A stretch of 64,000 bases of DNA. Origin: Microthrixaceae bacterium. GTDB lineage: Bacteria > Actinomycetota > Acidimicrobiia > Acidimicrobiales > VFJN01. Of the stretch, positions 32,397-41,048 are shown piece after piece (the stretch's first letter is position 1; each line of letters begins with the position of its first letter). The stretch is taken from positions 16,084 through 80,083 of the forward strand of contig JBQTHC010000039.1 in assembly GCA_052390255.1 (NCBI GenBank). The letters are read 5' to 3'. The position numbers and the translations under genes are program-made. The notes under the pieces are model-generated. The model saw only the letters and a list, made by a program, of their open reading frames with translations. It was not told the origin of the DNA and did not search any database.

Positions 32397-32585
32397 GGCT
32401 CGACGGATCGCGCTTCGGCTGCGTCCTCCCACTGCTGGCGGGTTGTTCCCTTGTGCTGCATCGGGTCGAAGCTCATTCGGGTCTCCTCCTACTGGGTCGT
32501 CACGAGCAAGGGCGCCAGATCCGCAGAAGCAGCCGGAAGGTTCGATCTGGCACATTGCCGGACGCGAGGTCCGTTTGGCGGAGGG

Positions 32586-35500
32586 ATGATGGGCAGCGTG
32601 TCGGTCAGAGACAGGGTGCCGGAGCTGATCGGACGGGACCCGCAGCTGGCTCGGCTCGCAGGCTGGTTCGAGCAGCTCTCGACCGGCCAGCGGCCGATGG
32701 CCCTCGTGGGCGGCGAGGCGGGCATCGGGAAGACATCGCTGATCCGGGCTGCCGTTGCGGAGGCGAGCCGACAGGGTGCGCGAGTGGCATGGGGGACGTG
32801 CATCGACGCAGACGGCGTCCCCGGCTTCTGGCCGTGGACACAGGCGCTCGACGGACTGGCGCGTGAGGTCGGCCTCGATGTCGCGGCTCGCGCGGCGGGC
32901 GAGGACGCGGCGCTGCTGGCATCGATCATCCCCTCGTTCGGCGCGCCGGCGAACGGCGAGACCTCAGCACGGGACAGGTTGCTCCTCATGGACGCCATCG
33001 GCCGCTTCCTCGATGCGACCGCCGAGACGACGCCGACCATCGTGGTGCTGGACGATCTCCAGTGGGCCGACGAGTCGTCGGTGGCGCTCCTCGAGCACCT
33101 CGCACGGTCGCCCCGCCACGGGCCCGTCGCCCTTCTGGCTGCCTACCGCAACGACGAGCTTCCTGGACCGCTTCGTGCCCGGGTCGCTGATCTCGTGACG
33201 CGAGCCGAGCACGTCGAGCTCGCCGGACTGGATGCGCGCTCCGTCGCCACCTTGGTCGAGCAGATCGCCGGGGCGCCGATCGACGTCGATCGAGCCGCGT
33301 CGATCCACGAGCGCACCGGCGGGCACCCGTTCTTCGTTCGTGAGCTCGCACTGATGAGCGGTACCGACGGCGCGACGCAGGTCCCTGTCGCCGTGCGCGA
33401 CGCCATCGACCGGCGCATCGCCCGCCTCCCGGAGCCGACCGTTGCCGTTCTCGAGGTGGTCGCTCTGCTCGGCACCGTGCTGCTTCCCGATGTGGTCGCC
33501 GCCACGCTGGGGATGACGATCGCCGACGTGGAGGCCGCCGCCGCATCAGCCGCGAGCGCAAGCGTGCTCACCCGGCGCGACACCGGCTTCGTCTTCGTGC
33601 ACGACCTTCTGCGCGAGACGGTCGACGAGCGGGTGATCGGGCGCCGGCGAACCGAGCTGCACCAGGCGATCGGCGAAGCGCTGGAGGCGCGACGCGGGCG
33701 CGGCGGCGAGGTCGCGCCCGCGGACATCGCGCGCCACTTCCTCAAGGCCGTCCCGATCGACGGTCCGGACCGCGCGACCGCCTGGGCACTCGAGGCTGCG
33801 AAGGCCGACCTCGCCACGCTCGCCTTCGCGGAGGCGGCCGACCACCTGTGCCGGCTCCGCGTCGCGCTCGCAGACGCCGCCGTCGCGCTGGACGACCAAC
33901 GACTGGTCGACCTGCTCGCTTCCGAAGCCAGTGCCCAGGCACGCGCCGGCAACGCGGTCGAGGCTCGGGGACTGCTGCGCCACGCCGCGGACGTCGCGGA
34001 TCGGTGCGGTGACGCGGTGCGCGTCGCTCAGGTGGCGCTCGCGACGGCATCTTTGGGCGCAACGTTCGCGGCTCGACGTGACGACACCGTCCGACGCCTC
34101 GATCGAGCGCTCGTGCTGGTCGGCGAGGTCGACGCCCGTTGGGAGGCCCGCGTCGCCGCCACGCTCGCCCGAGAGCTGCAGCACTCCGTGCCCGAGGACC
34201 GTTCCCGTGCAGGATCCCTCAGCGAGCATGCGCTCGAGGTCGGACGACGGTCGGGCGACAAGGCCACGCTGCTCGTGTGCCTCCTCGCTCGCCACGATGT
34301 GCTCTGGACGCCTGGAGCCGGAACCGATCGCGAGGTCGTCGCCCGAGAGATCATCAGCGTCGCCCGCTCGTTGGGCGACGACGAGGCGCACGCGCAAGGG
34401 CTTCTCCTGCTCGCAAACGCGCTCCTCGAGCAGGGTTCCCCCGCGTACGAGGCGGCGCTGGAGAGCTGTGTCGCGATCCTCGGTTCTCTCGGTCAGCCCC
34501 GACACCGCTACACGGCGGCCACCCGGCGCGCGTGCATCGCCCTGCTCCAGGGACGACACGACGAGGCCGAGCAGCTGATCGAGGAGGCGGCCGCCCTCGG
34601 CGCACGCATCCGGGAACCCGATGCCGACAACGTTCGGATGTCGCAGCGGCTCGAGCTCGTGAGAGCGAGCGGTCACGCTGCGCAGCTGCGGGAGTTCGCG
34701 GCCGAGGCTGTCGAGCACTGGACCGGCACACCCGTACATGCCCACGGCGTGGCGGCCGGCTTCCTCGCCCGGGCCGGCGACGTGGAGGCCGCCCGCAAGC
34801 ACGTCGAGGCGGTCGCCGACCTCGGCACCTGGCGGGCGGACCGCTCGTACCTGTGGTCGGTCTTCGTCCGCGAGCTGGCCCATGCTGCGGTGATCCTCGA
34901 GGACGAGCAGCTCGCCGCAGAGCTGCTCGACGACGTTGCGCCGCTCGCAGCGACCTGTGGGGTCAATGGTGCGGTGGTCGCCTTCGCGGGCAGCCACGCG
35001 CACACCGCCGGGGTCCTCGCCGGCGCGCTGGGCGACGAGGCGACGTCACGGGCGCTGCTGGAGGCAGCAGCGTCGACCTACCGAAGCCTCGGCGCGGCGA
35101 GCTGGCTCGCAGAGCTGGGCGCGCCGGCAGCGCCGCGCGCCGCGGGGCCGACCGCGGCGATCGGAGCGATGACGCGCAACGGCCCCACGTGGCAGGTCGC
35201 GTTCGCCGGAGCCAGCGTCTCGGTCCCCCACACCAAGGGGCTCGCCGACATCGCGCGCCTGCTCGCCTCCCCAGACAACGACATCCACGTCCTCGCGCTG
35301 ATCGATGCTGTTGATCGGTCGGGCACTGGTGGTGAGATGGCCGACCGGCGATCGCTGGCCGCCTACCGGGAGCGCGTGGCGGACCTCGACGAGGAGATGG
35401 AGGAGGCAGACCGGCACCACGACCCCGAGCGGCACGCCCGAGCCGCGATCGAGCGCGAGGCCATCCTCGACGAGCTCGCCCGAGTCACCGGACCCGGTGG

Positions 35501-35690
35501 TCGGGCGAGGCCGTTCGCCAACCACCCCGCGGAGCGGGCGCGCAAGGCGGTGAGCGGCCGCATCCGCGACGCGATCCGCAAGCTCGAGCCTGTGCTGCCC
35601 GAGCTTGCGGATCACCTCGAGCGCACGATCGTCACGGGTGCCTACTGCCGCTACCGAGCCGAGGGAGGCCACTGGCACGTCGAGCGTTGA
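32586..35690 (+). CDS. Large STAND/AAA_16-type ATPase with helical-repeat (TPR-like) region and unassigned C-terminal domain
   Basis: ATG at 32586 follows GGCGGAGGG. Walker A 'GGEAGIGKTS' and Walker B 'IVVLDDLQWAD'. About 600 aa of Ala/Leu-rich helical repeats follow. The C-terminal 'KGLADIARLLASPDNDIHVLALID...' is unassigned. I see no LuxR-type HTH. Confidence 0.75.
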   Translation: MMGSVSVRDRVPELIGRDPQLARLAGWFEQLSTGQRPMALVGGEAGIGKTSLIRAAVAEASRQGARVAWGTCIDADGVPGFWPWTQALDGLAREVGLDVAARAAGEDAALLASIIPSFGAPANGETSARDRLLLMDAIGRFLDATAETTPTIVVLDDLQWADESSVALLEHLARSPRHGPVALLAAYRNDELPGPLRARVADLVTRAEHVELAGLDARSVATLVEQIAGAPIDVDRAASIHERTGGHPFFVRELALMSGTDGATQVPVAVRDAIDRRIARLPEPTVAVLEVVALLGTVLLPDVVAATLGMTIADVEAAAASAASASVLTRRDTGFVFVHDLLRETVDERVIGRRRTELHQAIGEALEARRGRGGEVAPADIARHFLKAVPIDGPDRATAWALEAAKADLATLAFAEAADHLCRLRVALADAAVALDDQRLVDLLASEASAQARAGNAVEARGLLRHAADVADRCGDAVRVAQVALATASLGATFAARRDDTVRRLDRALVLVGEVDARWEARVAATLARELQHSVPEDRSRAGSLSEHALEVGRRSGDKATLLVCLLARHDVLWTPGAGTDREVVAREIISVARSLGDDEAHAQGLLLLANALLEQGSPAYEAALESCVAILGSLGQPRHRYTAATRRACIALLQGRHDEAEQLIEEAAALGARIREPDADNVRMSQRLELVRASGHAAQLREFAAEAVEHWTGTPVHAHGVAAGFLARAGDVEAARKHVEAVADLGTWRADRSYLWSVFVRELAHAAVILEDEQLAAELLDDVAPLAATCGVNGAVVAFAGSHAHTAGVLAGALGDEATSRALLEAAASTYRSLGAASWLAELGAPAAPRAAGPTAAIGAMTRNGPTWQVAFAGASVSVPHTKGLADIARLLASPDNDIHVLALIDAVDRSGTGGEMADRRSLAAYRERVADLDEEMEEADRHHDPERHARAAIEREAILDELARVTGPGGRARPFANHPAERARKAVSGRIRDAIRKLEPVLPELADHLERTIVTGAYCRYRAEGGHWHVER

Positions 35691-35702
35691 CGAGTCGGCG
35701 CG

Positions 35703-36017
35703 TCAGCGCACGAGCGCGGCGAGCAGATCGGCCGTCGCGGCGTCGGCGGGTGCGGCGAGCAGGTGGTCGGCCTCGGGCAGGTGCACCACGAAGGTGACCG
35801 GCGGACCCTGCGCCACGATGCGCACACGCACATCCGCGATCGGCCAGCGACCGACCCCCTCGACCACCAGGTCGTCGTCCACGAGCTCGAGGGCGACCCG
35901 GTCGGGCCACGCGGCGCCACGCCCCTGGTGGTGCCGCACCGCGCCGGGCAGGCGGCGGAAGGGACCGGGCGCGGCCACCAGCCCGGTGTCGTGGACGCGC
36001 CAGACCTCGATCCGCAC
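35703..36017 (-). CDS. Hypothetical small protein (about 104 aa)
   Basis: The C-terminal part of track ORF 35703..36422 has about 90% G/C at third codon positions, whereas the opposite-strand frame looks non-coding. GTG at 36017 is the only start candidate that does not overlap the ligase gene. I recognise no family. Confidence 0.35.
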   Translation of the reverse strand: MRIEVWRVHDTGLVAAPGPFRRLPGAVRHHQGRGAAWPDRVALELVDDDLVVEGVGRWPIADVRVRIVAQGPPVTFVVHLPEADHLLAAPADAATADLLAALVR

Positions 36018-36071
36018 GCCCGTAGCCTGCCAGGCGTGGGTCCAGACGCCTTGCCGCGGTCGCTCGTGCCG

Positions 36072-37019
36072 ATGAAGGCCACCGCCGGCGACCTCCCGAG
36101 CGGCGACGGCTGGACGTACGAGGTGAAGTGGGACGGCATGCGCGCCCTGGCGTTCGTCGACGGCACGACGCTGCGACTGCAGTCTTCGAACGAGCGCGAC
36201 GTCACCGTGTCGTGGCCGGAGCTCGCGGCGCTGCCCGAGTCCCTCCCGGCATCGACCGCCCTGCTCGACGGCGAGCTCGTTGCCACCGACGACGCCGGTC
36301 GACCCAGCTTCGGTCAGCTCCAACATCGGATGCACGTGGGCAACCCGGCGGACGCGCTGCGGCGCTCGAGCGAGGTGCCGGTCTCCTACGTGGTCTTCGA
36401 TCTGCTGCACCTCGACGGCCACGACCTCACGACGCAGACCTTCGACGCCCGCCGGCGGCTGCTCGATGAGCTCCTCGACGCGGGTCCGGCATGGCGTGTC
36501 TCACCCTTGCACGATGATGGCCCGGCACTGCTCGAGGCCGCGGGCGCGCGCGGGCTCGAGGGCGTGGTCGCCAAGCGGTTGGACTCGACCTACGCGCCCG
36601 GCACCCGCACCCGGGAGTGGCGCAAGGTGAAGGTCCGCCACCGGCAGGAGATGGTGGTCGGCGGGTGGCTGCCCGGCGAAGGCACCCGAGCCGGCACGAT
36701 CGGTGCGCTGCTGGTCGGCTACCACGACGAGCCCGACGACGGGTCGCCGCTGCGGTTCGCAGGTCGGGTCGGCACCGGCTTCACGGACGCGGAGCTCGCA
36801 CGGCTCGCCTCGGTGCTCGCGCCGCTCACGACTGACGTGTGTCCCTTCGACCCGCCCCCGCCGAGCGCCGACCTCAGGCGCGGGCCCACCTGGGTGCGCC
36901 CGGAGCTCGTGGCCGAGCTCGCGTTCGCGGAGTGGACCGCAGAGGGACGGCTCCGGCACCCGAGCTACCTCGGCCTGCGAACGGACAAGCACCCCGACGA
37001 GGTCACTCGCGACGCGTGA
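36072..37019 (+). CDS. ATP-dependent DNA ligase (stand-alone ligase domain plus OB fold, LigC/LigD-ligase-like)
   Basis: ATG at 36072. Adenylation motif I 'YEVKWDGMR', then 'LDGELV', 'VVFDLL', 'EGVVAKR' and 'WRKVK'. Confidence 0.85.
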   Translation: MKATAGDLPSGDGWTYEVKWDGMRALAFVDGTTLRLQSSNERDVTVSWPELAALPESLPASTALLDGELVATDDAGRPSFGQLQHRMHVGNPADALRRSSEVPVSYVVFDLLHLDGHDLTTQTFDARRRLLDELLDAGPAWRVSPLHDDGPALLEAAGARGLEGVVAKRLDSTYAPGTRTREWRKVKVRHRQEMVVGGWLPGEGTRAGTIGALLVGYHDEPDDGSPLRFAGRVGTGFTDAELARLASVLAPLTTDVCPFDPPPPSADLRRGPTWVRPELVAELAFAEWTAEGRLRHPSYLGLRTDKHPDEVTRDA

Positions 37020-37024
37020 CCTCG

Positions 37025-37083
37025 CGTCTGTGAACCCCGGCGGCCGCATGGCGGATGTGGGGGTTCACAGACGTTGTTTGGTG
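37025..37083. repeat. Palindromic intergenic repeat, TCTGTG...CACAGA superfamily, copy B
   Basis: CGTCTGTGAACCCC / GGGGTTCACAGACG (14 bp, perfect) plus right flank TTGTTTGGTG. The loop shares CCGCATGGCGG with copy A. It lies between the convergent ligase and dut genes. Confidence 0.9.
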
Positions 37084-37084
37084 C

Positions 37085-37531
37085 TCAGCGGCCGGTGTGG
37101 CCGAAACCGCCCATCCCCCGCTCGGAGTCGGGGAGCTCGGTCACCGGCTCCCATGCCACCTGCGCCACCGCCTGCACCACGAGCTGCGCGATGCGATCGC
37201 CGCGGCGGATCTCGAACGGATCGACGGGGTCGAGGTTGACGAGCAGCACCTTCAGCTCGTCGCGGTAGCCGCAGTCGATGAGGCCGGGCGAGTTGAGCAC
37301 CGTCACGCCGTGACGCAGCGCGAGGCCGCTGCGCGGCTGCACGAAGCCCGCGTACCCCTCCGGCAGCGCGAACGCGATGCCCGTCGGCACCAGCGCACGC
37401 CCGCCGCCTGGGGTGAGCGTCACGTCGATGCGCGACACCACATCGAGGCCGGCATCGCCGGGTCGAGCGTGCTCTGGCAGCGGCAGATCCGGGTCGAGCC
37501 GCACCACGGGGACGACGAGTGGGGTCGGCAC
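37085..37531 (-). CDS. dut: dUTP diphosphatase
   Basis: '[22 protein letters not shown]', '[28 protein letters not shown]' and 'GDRIAQLVV'. GTG at 37531 was chosen by alignment to mycobacterial Dut. Confidence 0.9.
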   Translation of the reverse strand: MPTPLVVPVVRLDPDLPLPEHARPGDAGLDVVSRIDVTLTPGGGRALVPTGIAFALPEGYAGFVQPRSGLALRHGVTVLNSPGLIDCGYRDELKVLLVNLDPVDPFEIRRGDRIAQLVVQAVAQVAWEPVTELPDSERGMGGFGHTGR

Positions 37532-37587
37532 GCCGGCCAACGTAGACGGACGGACGGCTGTCACACGCCGACCGGTAGCCTGCGTCG

Positions 37588-38160
37588 ATGCTCGTGTGGA
37601 TGGACCTCGAGATGACCGGGCTCGACCCCGCACGCCACGTCATCGTCGAGATCGCCACGATCGTCACCGACGATGAGCTCGAGATCGTGGCCGAGGGTCC
37701 CGACCTCGTCGTCCACCAGCCGCCCGAGGCGCTCGTGGGGATGGACGAGGTCGTGCAGAAGATGCACACCGCGAGCGGGCTCCTGCCTGCCATCGCCGCC
37801 TCCACGACCACGCTGGAGGCCGCGGGCCGCGCGACCCTCGACTTCATCGTCGAGCACGTGGCCGACCCGCGCACGGTCCCGCTCTGCGGGAACTCGATCG
37901 GCACCGACCGGCGGTTCCTCGCCACCTACCTGCCCGAGATCGAGGAGTACCTCCACTACCGCTCGGTCGACGTGTCCACCATCAAGGAGCTCACGCGCCG
38001 CTGGTACCCCGGCGCGCTCGAGGCCGTGCCGCGCAAGGCCACCGCGCACCGAGCGCTCGACGACATCCGCGAGTCGATCGAGGAGCTGCGCTGGTATCGC
38101 GAGCACGTGTTCCTCCCCAGCCCCGCCGCTGAGGAAGCACTTGACCAACCGGTCAAGTAG
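37588..38160 (+). CDS. orn: Oligoribonuclease
   Basis: '[13 protein letters not shown]', '[13 protein letters not shown]' and '[18 protein letters not shown]' are the DEDDh motifs. Confidence 0.9.
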   Translation: MLVWMDLEMTGLDPARHVIVEIATIVTDDELEIVAEGPDLVVHQPPEALVGMDEVVQKMHTASGLLPAIAASTTTLEAAGRATLDFIVEHVADPRTVPLCGNSIGTDRRFLATYLPEIEEYLHYRSVDVSTIKELTRRWYPGALEAVPRKATAHRALDDIRESIEELRWYREHVFLPSPAAEEALDQPVK

Positions 38161-38169
38161 GTTCGCTGC

Positions 38170-39219
38170 GTGGACCACAGCCCCCCGACGGACCGCCCAA
38201 GGCGCCAAGAGCAGGAGCCGGCTTCCACAGAGGTCACCGAGGTCGGTCCCGGCATCCTGCGCTCGCAGCTGCCGATCTCGCTGCCGGGCCTCGGCCACGT
38301 CAACTGCTACTTCCTGCAGGACGAGCGCGGCGTCGCCATCGTCGACCCTGGTCTGCCCGGCCCACCGTCGTGGCGTGCGCTCGTCGACCGCCTGAAGCAA
38401 GCCGGCTACAAGCCGAAGCACGTCCACACGGTCATCGTCACCCACTCGCACCCCGACCACTTCGGCGGCGCGGGCCGCATGCGCGACACCTACGGCGCCG
38501 AGGTGATCACCCATCGGAGCTTCCGGACGTGGTTCGACCCCGTCGAGGACGAGGTGGCCGACGACGAAGGCACACCTGCACCGTGGGGTCGCACGATGCC
38601 GTGGCGCAACGACGCCACGTTCCGCCCGCCGATCTCACGCCGATTGAAGTTCGGCTTCTACCGCACAGCGCTGCGCCGGTTCGTGCGCACGCCGGCGCCC
38701 ACGCGGCGCGTCGACGACGCGGAGGTGATCCAGCTCGCCGGTCGCGAGTGGGTGTCGCTGCACACACCGGGTCACACCAACGACCACCTCTGCCTGTTCG
38801 ATCCGGCCGAGGGCGTCGTCCTGTCGGGTGACCACGTCCTGCCCACGATCACGCCGCACATCTCCGGCCTCGTCGCCGGCGCCGACCCGCTCACGGCGTT
38901 CTTCGAGTCGCTCGACAAGGTGGCGGCGCTCGAAGGCGTCGGCCTCGTGCTCCCCGCCCACGGCCACCCGTTCGTCGACCTCGCCGGTCGCGCCAAGGAG
39001 ATCCACGACCATCACCAGGACCGTCTCGAGACGCTGCGCGCCGCGGCGGGCGAGCTCGGTTCGGCGAGCGTCGAGGAGCTGTCGCAACGGCTCTTCAAGC
39101 AGCGCTCGTGGGGGCAGATGGCCGAGAGCGAGACCTACGCGCACCTCGAGCACCTGCGCGCGATCGGCGAAGCCGAGAGCCGCGACGAGGACGGCACGCT
39201 CCACTACCACCTGGTCTGA
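38170..39219 (+). CDS. MBL-fold metallo-hydrolase
   Basis: 'VIVTHSHPDHFGGAG' is the HxHxDH motif. 'LHTPGHTNDH' is also present. Confidence 0.8.
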   Translation: MDHSPPTDRPRRQEQEPASTEVTEVGPGILRSQLPISLPGLGHVNCYFLQDERGVAIVDPGLPGPPSWRALVDRLKQAGYKPKHVHTVIVTHSHPDHFGGAGRMRDTYGAEVITHRSFRTWFDPVEDEVADDEGTPAPWGRTMPWRNDATFRPPISRRLKFGFYRTALRRFVRTPAPTRRVDDAEVIQLAGREWVSLHTPGHTNDHLCLFDPAEGVVLSGDHVLPTITPHISGLVAGADPLTAFFESLDKVAALEGVGLVLPAHGHPFVDLAGRAKEIHDHHQDRLETLRAAAGELGSASVEELSQRLFKQRSWGQMAESETYAHLEHLRAIGEAESRDEDGTLHYHLV

Positions 39220-39232
39220 CGGGCTGACTGGT

Positions 39233-39277
39233 TCTGTGGGCGCCACAGCACGGTATGCGTGCCCTCGCGCCCACAGA
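39233..39277. repeat. Palindromic intergenic repeat, TCTGTG...CACAGA superfamily, copy beta
   Basis: TCTGTGGGCGC / GCGCCCACAGA (11 bp, perfect) with an inner GCACG-GTATG-CGTGC hairpin. It lies between the convergent MBL and thioesterase genes. Confidence 0.85.
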
Positions 39278-39291
39278 GCTTGTGCGTTGGG

Positions 39292-40047
39292 TCAGGACAG
39301 CGGGGTCACGCAGGCGGACGCGGCCACCGCGTCGTCGGCGAGGACCCACACGGAGAGCGCGCCGTCGGCGTCGGTCGCGATCATCTCGACGTGCGCGCCG
39401 CGCTCGATCGCGACACGGTGCTCCACCTCGGCGCGGAGCGGCGCGCGCAGCTCGCGTCGGGTCGACAGCGCCTCCTCCACGAGCTCCCAGTAGGCCGCGT
39501 TGTTGACGTGGGACAGCACGTCGAAGTCACTGAACCGCAGCGCCCACGTCGTGCGGGTCGCACCGGCAGACGGGTCGGGGTGCTCGAGACGTGCCTTCAC
39601 CCGCCGGCCACCCGCCGCCTCGCCATAGAGGCCGTGGAAGCTGGGCGGCACGCGCTTGGGGCGGCCGCTCGCCTGATCGACGTGAACCCACGTCGTCGCC
39701 GCCTCGATCGCGCCGCCCGAGCCGCCGGCGATGCTGATGCGCCGCTCCGCCCAGTGGCTCCCCGTGCCCGAGCACCAGGTGGTCAGCTCGAGCGGTTCCA
39801 GGTAGCGAGGGAAGGCGTGCACCTCCATGACCGTCTTGCGCACGACCCACGACTCCGCGTCGGGGAGCGCGGCGTCGGCGGTGTCGTCGGCGGACAGGTC
39901 CTGGAGGAATCGAGTGGCTGCGTCCAGCCGCAGCCGTCCGCCTGGACTGACGTCCCCCAGCCGCACTCGGCGCGCCTCTTGGAAGATCCGGCCGCGGTCA
40001 GGCCGAGGCACCAGCGCATCGCTCGATTCGGGCAGGGCAGGTGCCAT
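39292..40047 (-). CDS. Acyl-ACP thioesterase-like (double hot-dog) protein
   Basis: ATG at 40047. 'RVRLGDVSPGGRLRLDAATRFLQD' and 'LRFSDFDVLSHVNNAAYWELVEE' are typical of the acyl-ACP thioesterase family. Confidence 0.7.
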   Translation of the reverse strand: MAPALPESSDALVPRPDRGRIFQEARRVRLGDVSPGGRLRLDAATRFLQDLSADDTADAALPDAESWVVRKTVMEVHAFPRYLEPLELTTWCSGTGSHWAERRISIAGGSGGAIEAATTWVHVDQASGRPKRVPPSFHGLYGEAAGGRRVKARLEHPDPSAGATRTTWALRFSDFDVLSHVNNAAYWELVEEALSTRRELRAPLRAEVEHRVAIERGAHVEMIATDADGALSVWVLADDAVAASACVTPLS

Positions 40048-40202
40048 GGGCCCGCAAGGTACCCGTCGGCGGTCGACCGACTGGGTGAAGTCGGTCGTTT
40101 GGAGAAATCGTGCAAATGCGGTTGACGCCAGCGCCGCAAGCGTGGTCCGATGCCTGCACTCGAGTCGCTGGACAGAGCGCGACCACACCGAGGAGCCACG
40201 TG

Positions 40203-40460
40203 ATGACCGAGACGACGCACACCATGGCAGGCCTGCTGGCCGACGCCGGTGCGACGCGTCTCCGCGCGGCCGCCCCGCTCGCCTCGTGCCTCACCGCTGC
40301 TGCGCCCCTCGCCACCTATGGCGTCACGGCCCAGCACCCGGTGTCCGGCAACCACCCGTCCACCTCCTGGACCAAGGGCGCCATTGCCAAGCCGGCCACC
40401 TTCATGGTGTTCGACCGCAAGAACCGCCCGACCCGGCCCCTCTTGGAGCGCTCGCCCTAG
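40203..40460 (+). CDS. 85-codon Ala-rich leader ORF upstream of the WhiB7-like gene
   Basis: ATG at 40203 is preceded by GAGGAG. G/C content at third codon positions is very high. The product is MTETTHTMAGLLADAGATRLRAAAPLASCLTAAAPLATYGV.... The stop lies 31 nt before an intrinsic terminator. I recognise no family. Confidence 0.5.
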   Translation: MTETTHTMAGLLADAGATRLRAAAPLASCLTAAAPLATYGVTAQHPVSGNHPSTSWTKGAIAKPATFMVFDRKNRPTRPLLERSP

Positions 40461-40491
40461 GCACACGCCAGCGAGACGCAGAACCTCCGAG

Positions 40492-40527
40492 AGGCCGCCG
40501 GGATCACCCGGCGGCCTTTCTCGTTCT
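40492..40527 (+). terminator. Rho-independent terminator between the leader ORF and whiB
   Basis: AGGCCGCCGGG-ATCA-CCCGGCGGCCT (11-bp perfect stem) followed by TTCTCGTTCT. Confidence 0.7.
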
Positions 40528-40542
40528 CCGGCCCCGGCCCAC

Positions 40543-40588
40543 CCGACCACACCGACAAGCGACCACCGACCACACCGACAAGCGATCA
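40543..40588 (+). repeat. 2 x 23-bp tandem direct repeat CCGACCACACCGACAAGCGA(C/T)CA
   Basis: 22 of 23 positions are identical. It lies between the terminator and the whiB RBS (AAGGGGGAAGGG). Confidence 0.9.
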
Positions 40589-40611
40589 CCCACGACCAAG
40601 GGGGAAGGGCG

Positions 40612-40998
40612 ATGTTGCCCGAGCGATACGAGTACGACTTCGACCAACCCGGCGGGCTGGAGCCCACCGAACCCAACCGGGACTGGTGGGCCCAAGCCCG
40701 CTGCAACGACATGGCCGGCACGATGAGCGGGCTGTTCTTCTCCGAGGAGCTCCAGGACATCGCGAAGGCCAAGCGCGTCTGCGCGATGTGCCCCGTGATG
40801 GCCGAGTGCCTCGAGGGCGCGCTCGAGCGGCGCGAGCCGTGGGGCGTGTGGGGCGGGCAGCTGCTCCTGAACGGGCGCGTGCTCCAGAGCAAGCGTCGCC
40901 GCGGCCGCCCGCCCAAGGTGGCACGAGCCGAGGACCAGCTCCCGGACATCCCCGTTCCGGTGCACCTGCAGTCACGCGTCGTCTACAAGAGCGCGTAG
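40612..40998 (+). CDS. WhiB-family Fe-S transcription factor, WhiB7-like (C-terminal AT-hook)
   Basis: Four Cys in 'ARCND...VCAMCPVMAEC', the turn 'EPWGVWGG' and the AT-hook 'KRRRGRPPK'. Confidence 0.85.
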   Translation: MLPERYEYDFDQPGGLEPTEPNRDWWAQARCNDMAGTMSGLFFSEELQDIAKAKRVCAMCPVMAECLEGALERREPWGVWGGQLLLNGRVLQSKRRRGRPPKVARAEDQLPDIPVPVHLQSRVVYKSA

Positions 40999-41018
40999 AC
41001 CGCTGCACCGAGGATCAT

Positions 41019-41048
41019 GCCCAGGGCTGCGATGCGGCAGCCCTGGGC
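41019..41048 (+). terminator. Strong hairpin 20 nt after the whiB stop (U-tract-less terminator candidate)
   Basis: GCCCAGGGCTGC-GATGCG-GCAGCCCTGGGC, a 12-bp perfect stem. No T-run follows. Confidence 0.45.

Noticed and set aside
32397-32585. Riboswitch or sRNA in the 189-nt nitrilase/STAND divergent region
   Set aside because: I could not find a conserved-looking structure, repeat or recognisable riboswitch core by eye. It is most likely ordinary divergent promoters.
40543-40588. CRISPR-like array (also considered for the 9-mer repeats at 4350..4390)
   Set aside because: There are only two directly abutting units with no spacers. There are no cas genes. The units are too short and too few.
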